From the NCBI GenBank assembly GCA_965215185.1, contig OZ244034.1:2816001-2880000 (forward strand): a stretch of 64,000 bases of DNA, in the 5' to 3' direction. Both the position numbers and the translations under genes were made by a program. Shown piece by piece: positions 9,543 through 18,532 of this stretch; position 1 is the first letter of the stretch, and every line of letters starts with the position of its first letter. The notes beneath the pieces were generated by a model. The model searched no databases and was not told where the DNA came from. It saw only the letters and a list, made by a program, of their open reading frames with translations. This DNA comes from Acidimicrobiia bacterium (GTDB lineage Bacteria; Actinomycetota; Acidimicrobiia; Spongiisociales; ZC4RG35).

Positions 9543-11057
9543 TCATTTGGCGCCGATCGCCCGGTTCAAAGCATCAACGAATGCCTCCGCCGATCCTTCC
9601 ACAACATCGGTGGAGACGGCCTTTCCTGAAAAGGTGTTGTCTCCAACCCGCACCACCACGTTCACTTCGGCCATGGCGTCGGCGCCGGAAGTGACCGGGA
9701 CGACCCGATAGTCCACAAGCCGGGCATCAACGCCGAAACATTGCCTTATTGCCGAGAAGGCAGCGTGAACCATCCCGCCGCCCTGGCCGGTGTAGTCGGC
9801 GACCATCCCCGAACGGGAGAGAGTGACCACTGCGGTGGGGGTGGTGTCGTGGCCCCCGGAGACATTGATGCCCACTATTTCCACCTCAGCGGTGGGAAGG
9901 ACGGACGACCCGGCGGCGGCGATGGCGCGCAGTTCGGTTTCACCGAATTCCAGCTTGCGGTCGGCCATGGCCTTGAACTTGGCGAAAGCCTGATTGAACT
10001 CATCATCTTCCAAGGAGATGTTCAGGTTTTGCAAGGCGTCGGCAAACCCTGCCCGGCCCGAGTGCTTGCCCAGGATGATCTGAGCGCCCCGCTGGCCGAT
10101 TGATTCGGCGCTCATAATCTCGTAGGTTTCACGGTCGCGGAGGACACCGTGTTGATGGATGCCCGATTCGTGAGCGAAGGCGTTGCGTCCCACTACCGCC
10201 TTGTTGAACTGCACCGGATAGCCGGTGAGCTGTGAAACCAACCGGGATGTGTCGAAGATCTGCGTGGTGTCCGCGCCGATCTCTACTCCGAAAATATCCT
10301 GGCGCGTCTTGATGGCCATGATGATCTCCTCGATGGAGGTGTTGCCGGCTCGTTCTCCGATCCCGTTAATCGCCCCTTCGATTTGACGCGCTCCTGCAGA
10401 GATGGCCGACAGCGAGTTAGCCACCGCCAGACCCAGATCGTCGTGACAGTGCACCGAGATGGTTATGTCGCGGCGGTCCCCCCGCACTTCGGCGTAGATG
10501 CGCTTCATCAACTGCGTGAACTCGACGGGGGTGGCGTAGCCCACCGTGTCGGGGATGTTGATGGTGGTGGCGCCGGCCTCAACGGCAGCCCGGCAGACAT
10601 CCACCAGGAACTGATAGTCGGAGCGGGTGGCGTCTTGGGGAGAGAATTCAACATCGTCGGTGTAGCGGCGCGCCCTGCGTACGCCTTCCACCGAGGCTTT
10701 CAACACTTCGGAGGGGGTCATGCGCAGCATTCGCTCCATGTGGATGGGAGAAGTGGACATGAAAACGTGGATACGGGCCCGATCGGCGTGGCGGAGAGCA
10801 TCCCAGGCTTGGTCAATGTCATTGGGATGGGCGCGGGCCAGGCTGGCGATGACCGGTCCTCTTACCTCGGCGGCGATCCGTGACACCGCTTCGAAATCGC
10901 CTGATGAGGAAGCTGCGAACCCGGCTTCCAGGACGTCCACCCGCAGGCGGGCCAACTGGTGGGCGATGGTGACTTTCTCGTCGGGGGTGAGCGCGATGCC
11001 GGGGGCTTGCTCCCCGTCGCGCAGGGTTGTGTCGAAGATAATCAGTCGGTCGGACAT
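9543..11057 (-). CDS. leuA: 2-isopropylmalate synthase
   Basis: 'IFDTTLRDGEQ', 'HCHDDLG', 'GERAGN', 'HESGIHQHG', C-terminal regulatory domain; AGGAG SD before ATG 11057. Confidence 0.95.
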   Translation of the reverse strand: MSDRLIIFDTTLRDGEQAPGIALTPDEKVTIAHQLARLRVDVLEAGFAASSSGDFEAVSRIAAEVRGPVIASLARAHPNDIDQAWDALRHADRARIHVFMSTSPIHMERMLRMTPSEVLKASVEGVRRARRYTDDVEFSPQDATRSDYQFLVDVCRAAVEAGATTINIPDTVGYATPVEFTQLMKRIYAEVRGDRRDITISVHCHDDLGLAVANSLSAISAGARQIEGAINGIGERAGNTSIEEIIMAIKTRQDIFGVEIGADTTQIFDTSRLVSQLTGYPVQFNKAVVGRNAFAHESGIHQHGVLRDRETYEIMSAESIGQRGAQIILGKHSGRAGFADALQNLNISLEDDEFNQAFAKFKAMADRKLEFGETELRAIAAAGSSVLPTAEVEIVGINVSGGHDTTPTAVVTLSRSGMVADYTGQGGGMVHAAFSAIRQCFGVDARLVDYRVVPVTSGADAMAEVNVVVRVGDNTFSGKAVSTDVVEGSAEAFVDALNRAIGAK

Positions 11058-11194
11058 TTTGGGGCTCCTGGTTGGGTTGGTGGGGTGCTGATTCAGGTGG
11101 TGTGGAGGCCGGGCCGGCGGGGGCCGCCGCCCGGCCGAATCAGCACCAGACAACCACTGGGTCTGTCCGTATCAGCGGGGATGCGCAGAGTCAT
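11058..11194 (-). promoter_or_regulatory. Candidate leuA leader element: 33-aa uORF (11093-11194) with nested hairpin
   Basis: u[36 protein letters not shown] starts in an ATGA overlap with the ilvC stop; 11-bp inverted repeat 11084-11094/11137-11147 encloses a GC hairpin at 11107-11136. Confidence 0.6.
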
Positions 11195-12195
11195 TCCGGC
11201 GTCTTGGGGTCCAGGAAGGGCATCATCTGACGGAGGTGGTGTCCAATCTTCTCGATGGGATGTGATCGGTCGGCAGCCCGCTGCTCCAGAAGGAATGGGG
11301 CGCCCTCCCGGGCCTGTGCCATCCACTCCCGGGCGAAGGCGCCGGATTGGATCTCCGCCAAAACTCTTTTCATCTCGGCGCGGCTCTCGTCGGTGATGAT
11401 CCGCGGTCCGCGGGTGTAGTCCCCGTACTCGGCGGTGTCAGAAATCGAGTAGCGCATCCAAGACAGACCCCCCTCGTAGAGAAGGTCCACGATCAGTTTC
11501 AGTTCGTGAAGAGTCTCGAAATAGGCGGATTCGGGCTCATAGCCGGCTTCCACCAGGGTCTCATAGGAGGCTTTGATCAACTGGGAGACACCGCCGCACA
11601 AAATGACCTGCTCCCCGAAGAGATCGGTCTCGGTCTCCTCGCGGAAAGTAGTTTGCAGCACGCCCGCTCTTGCGCCTCCGATCCCCCAGGAGTAGGACAT
11701 CCCCAACCGGAAGGCGTCACCGGTGGCGTCCTGATGGATGGCCAGCAGACACGGAACCCCAGAGCCTTCTGTGTAAGTGCGTCTCACCAGATGCCCCGGG
11801 CCTTTGGGGGCCACCATGAGCACGTCGAGGGCCTCGGAGGGGACTATCTCCCCAAAGTGGATGTTGAAGCCGTGAGCGAACATCAGAGCGTCCCCGGGCG
11901 CCATCTTCTCGGCGATCTGCTGGTTGTAGAAGTCCGCCATAAGTTGGTCGGGAACCAGCATCGTCACCAGGTTGGCCCATTCCGCCGCTTCCGGTGGGTC
12001 CATTACTGTCAGCCCGTCCGCCTCAGCTTGCGCTCTCCGGGCCGACTCTGGCCGCAGCCCCACCACCACATCCACTCCCGACTCCGAGAGGTTGAGAGCG
12101 TGGGCATGTCCCTGGCTGCCGTAACCGATGACCGCCACCTTGCGGCCTTTGATTACCTCGGGATCTGCGTCCTTGTCATAAAAAATCTCGGCCAT
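11191..12195 (-). CDS. ilvC: Ketol-acid reductoisomerase
   Basis: '[14 protein letters not shown]', '[10 protein letters not shown]', '[10 protein letters not shown]', 'SDTAEYG'. Confidence 0.97.
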   Translation of the reverse strand: MAEIFYDKDADPEVIKGRKVAVIGYGSQGHAHALNLSESGVDVVVGLRPESARRAQAEADGLTVMDPPEAAEWANLVTMLVPDQLMADFYNQQIAEKMAPGDALMFAHGFNIHFGEIVPSEALDVLMVAPKGPGHLVRRTYTEGSGVPCLLAIHQDATGDAFRLGMSYSWGIGGARAGVLQTTFREETETDLFGEQVILCGGVSQLIKASYETLVEAGYEPESAYFETLHELKLIVDLLYEGGLSWMRYSISDTAEYGDYTRGPRIITDESRAEMKRVLAEIQSGAFAREWMAQAREGAPFLLEQRAADRSHPIEKIGHHLRQMMPFLDPKTPE

Positions 12196-12734
12196 TAGTT
12201 TTCCACCGCCTGTCCAACCGCCCTCATTCGGGAGGGCTTGCTCTTGGCGTCCCGCCCGATGGCAATCCGCCCTGACTTGACCAACTCCACTACCCCGAAA
12301 GGCCGGAGAAGCTCTGTTAGATCACCCAGCTTGGCGGGTCGGCCCGTCACCTCGAGAGTGAGGGTGTTGACTCCCACATCCACCACGTTGGCTTTGAAGA
12401 TGTTCGCCACTTCGATCGCTTCGGTTCGAGCACCTCCGGTGGCCGCTATCCGAATCAACATGGTCTCCCGCTCAACGGCCTTGGAGGGGTCGATTTCAAA
12501 GATCTTGATCACGTTGATTAGTTTGTGAAGCTGCTTTTTCACCTGTTCCACGTTTTCGGATTCCACCACCACGGTTATTCGTGACAGATCCTCATCAATG
12601 GTGGGTCCCACTGCCAGAGAATGGATATTGAAGCCGCGCCGGGCCAACAGAGAGGAGATCCGGGCCAGCACCGCTGGGCGGTTCTCAACCAGCACACTGA
12701 GGGTATGGCGCGTGGGGCTAGTGGATCCAGCCAT
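12195..12734 (-). CDS. ilvN: Acetolactate synthase small subunit
   Basis: ACT domain '[24 protein letters not shown]', 'KQLHKLINV'. Confidence 0.95.
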   Translation of the reverse strand: MAGSTSPTRHTLSVLVENRPAVLARISSLLARRGFNIHSLAVGPTIDEDLSRITVVVESENVEQVKKQLHKLINVIKIFEIDPSKAVERETMLIRIAATGGARTEAIEVANIFKANVVDVGVNTLTLEVTGRPAKLGDLTELLRPFGVVELVKSGRIAIGRDAKSKPSRMRAVGQAVEN

Positions 12735-12736
12735 GT

Positions 12737-14440
12737 CTATGCCCCCGGGTCGGGCGCTAGGATCACGTTGTCGTTGGACCCACCGGCTGGAACCATCGGG
12801 AACACCATTTCTTCGGAATCCACCACTATGTCCACCACCACCGGACGGTCGTCGATGGACAGCGATTTCTCCAAGATGGGTGCAACGTCTTCGGGCGTCT
12901 CCGCCCGAAGCCCTATGCAGCCCATTCCCTCCGCCAGTTTCACGTAGTCCACTACCTCAGAGTTCAAAAGGCTTGCCGACAGCCGCCCCCCATAGAAGAG
13001 CTTCTGCCACTGCTTCACCATGCCGTGGGCGCCGTTATTGAAAACGGCCACCTTGACAGGAATCTTATGTGCGGAGGCGGCGATCAATTCTTGAAAGGTC
13101 ATTTGGAAGCACCCGTCGCCGTCTACCGCATAGACGAGTTCATCGGGCATCCCCGCCTTGGCGCCAATCGCGGCCGGGACCGCGAATCCCATAGTGCCCA
13201 GACCTCCTGAGTTGATCCAGCGGCGCGGACGGTCAAACTTCCAGAACTGCGAGGCCCACATCTGATGCTGGCCGACCCCCGACACCAGGATGGCGTCTCC
13301 ACCGGTGAGCCTGGCCAATTCCTCGATAACGAACTGGGGCTTGATCGGGCCGTCCGGCTGCTGCTGGTAGGAGAGCGGATGCTTTTCCTGCCATCCGCGC
13401 AAGGTATCCAACCATTCGCCATTGGATAAGGCAGGTCGGTCTCCCCAGGCTTTGATCAACTGGTTCAGCACCCGGCGCGCGTCCGCCACGACGGGAATGT
13501 CCGCATACCGCACTTTGCCGATCTCCGCCGGATCGATATCGGCGTGGATGACCTTGGCGTTAACGGCGAAGTGTTTGGGATCGCCGGTTACCCGGTCGTC
13601 GAAGCGCACCCCGATGGCGGCCAACACGTCGCACTTCTGCATGGAGGTGATGGCCGTGTAGTTGCCATGCATCCCCGGCATCCCCAAGCAGAGCGGGTGA
13701 TCATCGGGGATGGCGCCTCTTCCCATCAGGGTGGTCACCACCGGGATGTTGGAAACCTCCACGAAGCGGGCGAGCGCTTCCGCAGCGTCCGCTTTGATAA
13801 TCCCTCCCCCCACATATAGCAGCGGCCGCCGGCTGTTTGCCAGCATCTCCACTGCCTCTTTCACTCTCCGAGGGTGGCCGTCCATATTGGGCCTATAGCC
13901 GGGCAGGTCCAATTTTTGGGGTGGACGCCACTCGGTCTCCATCTGCAGCACATCTTTGGGAAGGTCTATCAGCACCGGCCCCGGACGGCCGGTGGAAGCC
14001 AGATGGAAAGCCTCGTGTATGACGGTTGGGATGTCGTCAGGGTCGGTGACAAAGTAGTTGTGCTTGGTGGCGGCCATGGTGATCCCGGTGGTATAAGCCT
14101 CCTGGAAGGCGTCGTTTCCGACGGCGTGGGTGGGGACCTGCCCGGTGATGGCCACCATGGGTACGGAGTCCATCAACGCATCGGCCAGTGGGGTAACAAG
14201 GTTGGTCGCCCCGGGTCCGGAGGTGGCCATGCACACGCCCACCCGGCCGGTGGCCCATGCGTATCCGGCTGCCATATGACCGGCGCCCTGTTCGTGGCGG
14301 GCCAGGATGTGGCGGATCGGGCTGTAATACAAAGGGTCGTAGGCTGGAAGAATGGCCCCGCCGGGCACTCCGAATATCAAGTCGACTCCCTCGTGCTCCA
14401 GGGAGGATATGACTGATTGCGCTCCGTTTACTTTGGTCAT
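12737..14440 (-). CDS. ilvB: Acetolactate synthase large subunit
   Basis: 'RHEQGA', 'TSGPGATN', 'GMPGMHG', 'SGGLGTMG', 'GDGCFQMT'. Confidence 0.97.
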   Translation of the reverse strand: MTKVNGAQSVISSLEHEGVDLIFGVPGGAILPAYDPLYYSPIRHILARHEQGAGHMAAGYAWATGRVGVCMATSGPGATNLVTPLADALMDSVPMVAITGQVPTHAVGNDAFQEAYTTGITMAATKHNYFVTDPDDIPTVIHEAFHLASTGRPGPVLIDLPKDVLQMETEWRPPQKLDLPGYRPNMDGHPRRVKEAVEMLANSRRPLLYVGGGIIKADAAEALARFVEVSNIPVVTTLMGRGAIPDDHPLCLGMPGMHGNYTAITSMQKCDVLAAIGVRFDDRVTGDPKHFAVNAKVIHADIDPAEIGKVRYADIPVVADARRVLNQLIKAWGDRPALSNGEWLDTLRGWQEKHPLSYQQQPDGPIKPQFVIEELARLTGGDAILVSGVGQHQMWASQFWKFDRPRRWINSGGLGTMGFAVPAAIGAKAGMPDELVYAVDGDGCFQMTFQELIAASAHKIPVKVAVFNNGAHGMVKQWQKLFYGGRLSASLLNSEVVDYVKLAEGMGCIGLRAETPEDVAPILEKSLSIDDRPVVVDIVVDSEEMVFPMVPAGGSNDNVILAPDPGA

Positions 14441-14460
14441 GGTCCGGCTTTCGTGGGGCT

Positions 14461-14494
14461 AAAAAAATGAATCCCTCCTTGGGGGAGGGATTCA
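14461..14494 (-). terminator. Rho-independent attenuator terminator upstream of ilvB
   Basis: Minus strand TGAATCCCTCC-cccaa-GGAGGGATTCA followed by a run of 7 T. Confidence 0.85.
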
Positions 14495-14519
14495 GCACAC
14501 ACGGGGTTGTACGTGTGCG

Positions 14520-14555
14520 CTACTCGAGTACCAGCAACAGGCCTATGTATCTCAC
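14520..14555 (-). CDS. ilvB leader peptide MRYIGLLLVLE
   Basis: GTG-initiated 11-aa ORF with an I-G-L-L-L-V-L run just before the hairpin/terminator; TAATAT hexamer 6 nt upstream (leaderless). Confidence 0.85.
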   Translation of the reverse strand: MRYIGLLLVLE

Positions 14556-14657
14556 TCTTAGATATTATGGTCAGATTTACCCAACGTTGCAAACTCTAAG
14601 AAGGGTTAATGTGAGGGTGTCCTATATCTTAAGAGGGATGAAACCGGGCGTTAAGCG

Positions 14658-15911
14658 ATGAAGTTCCGACCCGAGGATTTCCTGATTGCTTTGGAGGAGG
14701 CGAGACGGCTCCTCAAGGAGATGCCGTTTGCTGAAGTTCCCCATTCTCTCAAGAAGACCCGGGTTTCATCGTCTCGCAAGCTGACGCCGGTAGAAGCGCG
14801 GGCCCTTTATCGAGAATTGGACCGGGATGAGGATTTTCGTCGAGCCACTCTCGAGAATTGGAACGCACCTTCCTTGGGTAGCGCCGATGCCCGCGTCGCG
14901 GCCGCGGTTCTGTTTTTGGAGAGGTCCAATGATTGGGAGTCTTTGGTTCAAGGGCATCTGGCCGAGGTGGAATTGGAAGAAGCTCGGATGGAGACCGGAC
15001 GGTTGGAGAGATGTCTCTGTGAAGCGCAGGCGCAGGTTAAGGCCCTCAAGGTCCAGGTGGCCGAAGCTCGCCGGTTGGCGGAGGAGGAGACCAAGCGGCG
15101 CACCGATCAGCTAGGGCAGGACTTGGGAAGAGCCAGAGAAAGGATCGGTGGTCTGGCGAAAAAACTCGCCGAAGAGAAGAGGAAAGTTGAGTACTGGGAT
15201 AAGGAAGCCCAGGCTGCCTGGCGCGAGTTGGACGAAGCCGATCGGCGCTATGACGACCTGCGGGAGCGGTATAGTTCGAAGATGAAGCCCGGATTGGTCC
15301 AAACAGGTGTCGACACCGGAGGAGAAACAGGCTTTAGCCGCGATCCCCTGCAGGCCGCCCGGATGCTGGATCAGATGGTGAGCTTTTGGGAAGTTGGGTT
15401 GGATTCGGGGCCTGATCCGGTCTCGGCTTTTGATCCTTTGGAATTTCCGCCTGGGCTGGATCCTAAATCGGGAGGAGCGGTGATGTGGCTCTACTACGAC
15501 GCTCCCCGACTTACTCTGCTCGTTGACGGATACAACGTTGCACACTATTGGCACTACCACCGTCAAATCCGGGAGAAACCCGACCACCAGACGATCGAGT
15601 TCATCACCAACAAGCTTGACAAGCTGGCCAGGTATTCCGTTGGCCGCCACCGAGTGAATTTCTATCTGGATTCCCGCTATGCGAATGGATTGGAACCGGA
15701 TTGGGACAACCGCTTCAAGAGTGGTCATCTGAACGGGTTCTATGTGGTAGACGCCGATGATGGCATCGCCGAGGAGGCGACCAGGCGGGCAGGCGAGCCG
15801 GTGGCGGTGATCACCAGCGACAATGCACTGGCGGAACGGTGCCGGCAACACGGGGCGGTGAGGTTGTTTTCTGAGGCCTTGGCGGAGTGGTTGGCGAACT
15901 CGCCGGTCTAA
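14658..15911 (+). CDS. Coiled-coil protein with C-terminal NYN (YacP/Rae1-like) nuclease domain
   Basis: Long charged helical region, then 'LLVDGYNV..FYLD..ADDGI..VITSDNAL'. Confidence 0.8.
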   Translation: MKFRPEDFLIALEEARRLLKEMPFAEVPHSLKKTRVSSSRKLTPVEARALYRELDRDEDFRRATLENWNAPSLGSADARVAAAVLFLERSNDWESLVQGHLAEVELEEARMETGRLERCLCEAQAQVKALKVQVAEARRLAEEETKRRTDQLGQDLGRARERIGGLAKKLAEEKRKVEYWDKEAQAAWRELDEADRRYDDLRERYSSKMKPGLVQTGVDTGGETGFSRDPLQAARMLDQMVSFWEVGLDSGPDPVSAFDPLEFPPGLDPKSGGAVMWLYYDAPRLTLLVDGYNVAHYWHYHRQIREKPDHQTIEFITNKLDKLARYSVGRHRVNFYLDSRYANGLEPDWDNRFKSGHLNGFYVVDADDGIAEEATRRAGEPVAVITSDNALAERCRQHGAVRLFSEALAEWLANSPV

Positions 15912-17002
15912 CCGGCCGGTTGGTGGCCTTGGGCGCTGAAGCGGGGCTGGATCGGGTGGGAATCTGCGCGGCCGATCCTTTCTCCGATACGCGGGTTCAG
16001 ATCCGTTCCCGCAAATCCCAAGGAATGTCGGCCCGACTGGGCTTCACATTCACCAATCCGGATGTCTCCACCGACATCCAGCGTTCGTTTCCCTGGGCGG
16101 AGCGGCTGGTCGTGGGGATTCGCGCCTATCTGCCCGCCGCCGGCGATCCCGGCGGACCAGAACCCGGTCAGGGGCGGGTGGCCCGCTTCGCGGTTTCCGA
16201 CTCTTATCAGCCTCTGCGGGCAGGTTTGGAGAGACTGGCCGCGGAGTTGGAGGGCTTGGGTTTTCGAGCCAAGGTGCTGGTGGACGATTCGAAACTGGTG
16301 GATCGGGCGGCGGCGGTGAGAGCCGGGGTGGCATGGTGGGGAAAGAGCACCATGGTGCTGGCCCCGGGGGTGGGACCCTGGTTTCTAATCGGATCGGTGG
16401 TAACCGACGCCCGCCTGCCTACTTCTCGGCCCATGGAACGCAATTGCGGGACCTGTGACGCATGCCTGCCGGCCTGTCCCACCGGGGCTCTCGTTGCCCC
16501 CGGAGTCCTGGACGCCCGGCTCTGTCTGGCCGCCCTGGCCCAAGGCCCGGGGGTGATCCCCCGGGAAATGCGCCCCTTGCTGGAGGACCGCATCTACGGA
16601 TGCGATGAATGCCTGAACGCATGCCCACCTGGCAACCGGCTGCTGGACAAGGCAGTCTCCCCTCGGGGCTCGGTGGATCTGGTGGCCCTTCTGCGAAGCG
16701 CCGACCAAGAGATCTTGGATCAATTCGCCCACTTCTATCTCCCATCTCGCCGTCCGCGAATCCTGCGGCGCAATGCCCTGGTGGCTCTGGGAAACACCGG
16801 CGCCGCCGAGCATTTGGGCATGGTTGCCGGCTACCTTGGCAACCCCGACTGGCTGTTGCGATTGCACGCGGTGTGGGCGGTCCACCATTTGAGCGTCAGG
16901 CTGTCCTTGCAGTGGGGGGAGTTCTTCCTTCACCACGCCGCCTCCCGGGAGAGATCCCCAGAGGTGTTGGAGGAGTTGGCTGTGTCTGGAGTGAAGTCTT
17001 GA
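15887..17002 (+). CDS. queG: Epoxyqueuosine reductase
   Basis: 'LVDRAAAVRAG..WGKS', 'CGTCDACLPACPT', 'IYGCDECLNACP', 'RRNALVALGN'. Confidence 0.9.
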   Translation: MVGELAGLTGRLVALGAEAGLDRVGICAADPFSDTRVQIRSRKSQGMSARLGFTFTNPDVSTDIQRSFPWAERLVVGIRAYLPAAGDPGGPEPGQGRVARFAVSDSYQPLRAGLERLAAELEGLGFRAKVLVDDSKLVDRAAAVRAGVAWWGKSTMVLAPGVGPWFLIGSVVTDARLPTSRPMERNCGTCDACLPACPTGALVAPGVLDARLCLAALAQGPGVIPREMRPLLEDRIYGCDECLNACPPGNRLLDKAVSPRGSVDLVALLRSADQEILDQFAHFYLPSRRPRILRRNALVALGNTGAAEHLGMVAGYLGNPDWLLRLHAVWAVHHLSVRLSLQWGEFFLHHAASRERSPEVLEELAVSGVKS

Positions 17003-17087
17003 AGCCTTCTCCCACTGGTCCGCGGAGTCTTACTTTGTCCAAAACCCCCAGGCGGCGGGCAGGTAGATACCGAGTTGCTACCGTTTT

Positions 17088-17807
17088 GTGACTGTGAAGT
17101 TCGATTCGCGTTTGGTGCTCTTGGTGGTATTGGCGGCGGGCGCGGTTGCGCTGGGATGGAGCCTCTTCACGGGTTCGGACTCAGGAGGCGTTCTTGTTTC
17201 TGAAACCACTGCCGGGACAATCCAATCGACCGCTACCGACCTTGCTATGACCACGGCGGGGCCCGCTGATACTGCAGCCACCGTCACCCCCACCACTGCC
17301 CCGGCCACCACCGCCGCCCCGGCTACCACGACCACCCTTCCCACCCCGGAAGTTCTGCTACCAGTGCATCCCAAGCTGGTGGATATCGACGGTTGGCTGC
17401 AATCGGAGGTCGAAACGCTTGAGGAGTTGCGTGGACAAGTTGTGCTAGTGGAGTTCTGGACATTCGGGTGCTACAACTGCAAGAACCGCATTCCCTACAC
17501 CCAGGAGATCTATGCCAAATACCATGATCAGGGTCTGGAGATCGTCGGCATTCACTCTCCCGAATTCGAATTTGAGGAAGATGTGGACAACATCAAGGAA
17601 GCCATCTCAAAGTTGGGAGTGACCTGGCCGGTGGTGCTGGACACCAGACGACGGACCTTCTGGGAGTGGCAAACCGGTGGGCGGGCCTACTGGCCCCGCA
17701 CCTATGTCCTGGACCGGGAAGGCCGGGTACGTTATGACCACATCGGGGAAGGCAAATACACGCAGTTGGAGCAAACCGTCGCCCTTTTGCTTGACGAGGA
17801 GTCGTGA
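17088..17807 (+). CDS. Membrane-anchored redoxin (DipZ C-terminal-like thioredoxin)
   Basis: N-terminal TM, Thr-rich linker, 'EFWTFGCYNC', 'GIHSPEFEFE', 'YWP', 'HIGEG'. Confidence 0.88.
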   Translation: MTVKFDSRLVLLVVLAAGAVALGWSLFTGSDSGGVLVSETTAGTIQSTATDLAMTTAGPADTAATVTPTTAPATTAAPATTTTLPTPEVLLPVHPKLVDIDGWLQSEVETLEELRGQVVLVEFWTFGCYNCKNRIPYTQEIYAKYHDQGLEIVGIHSPEFEFEEDVDNIKEAISKLGVTWPVVLDTRRRTFWEWQTGGRAYWPRTYVLDREGRVRYDHIGEGKYTQLEQTVALLLDEES

Positions 17808-18385
17808 ACCTTTTCGCCGAGGGCATCCGTTCCAGTCTGCTGCCCTGTTCATACTCCATCCTGGTCATGGCGCTGGCGTTGGTGGTACTCAGAAAAAGAG
17901 AGCGGATCGCCGCTCTGGGAGTCTTCACCGGGGCCACCGTTCTTTCAGCGTGGCTTTGGGCGGCTGGTCTGTCCAATGTGCTGGCGGGACGGGTGGTGAG
18001 CACGGTGATGGTGATCGGGGGATTGGCGCTGGCGCTGCTGGTTGGGCACCGGCTGGCCGGACTAGGAGCGGCGGGCTTGATCGGGGTGTTTGGAGGCGCG
18101 ACCTGGCTGCCATGTGTTGGTGAGGAGCTGGGAGCGGTATTAAACCTCTCGCAGGAGGCCCCGTTCTCGGCCCTACTCCTTTTGACCGTCTATTTGATTG
18201 GTGTGATGCTTCCTGTAGTGGCAGTGGTGACTCTGCTGGCCTACCTGCCCGCCGCGCGCCGCTGGGCCGACAATCGCTGGGTGGGGATAGGGGCTAAAGC
18301 CTCCCTTGCCGCGGTGGGAATACTGGTCCTGACCGACAATTACACAACGGTGCTCTCTACGCTGGCCCGCTGGGCGGCTCTCTGA
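17804..18385 (+). CDS. CcdA/DsbD-like transmembrane electron transporter
   Basis: Two Pro-Cys motifs ('LLPCS', 'WLPCVG') in a hydrophobic protein overlapping the redoxin gene. Confidence 0.75.
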   Translation: MNLFAEGIRSSLLPCSYSILVMALALVVLRKRERIAALGVFTGATVLSAWLWAAGLSNVLAGRVVSTVMVIGGLALALLVGHRLAGLGAAGLIGVFGGATWLPCVGEELGAVLNLSQEAPFSALLLLTVYLIGVMLPVVAVVTLLAYLPAARRWADNRWVGIGAKASLAAVGILVLTDNYTTVLSTLARWAAL

Positions 18386-18532
18386 GAAATCCATCCGGGG
18401 AGCAGACTGTTCATTGACCGGGCCGTTTACGTCGGTGGAGAGCCCTCGCCCGTCAGCCTTGACCCGAAACTGACACATAAGGCATTCCTTGGCAATGGGG
18501 TTTTCGGTTCTGTTGGTGCTTATTATCGGGAT

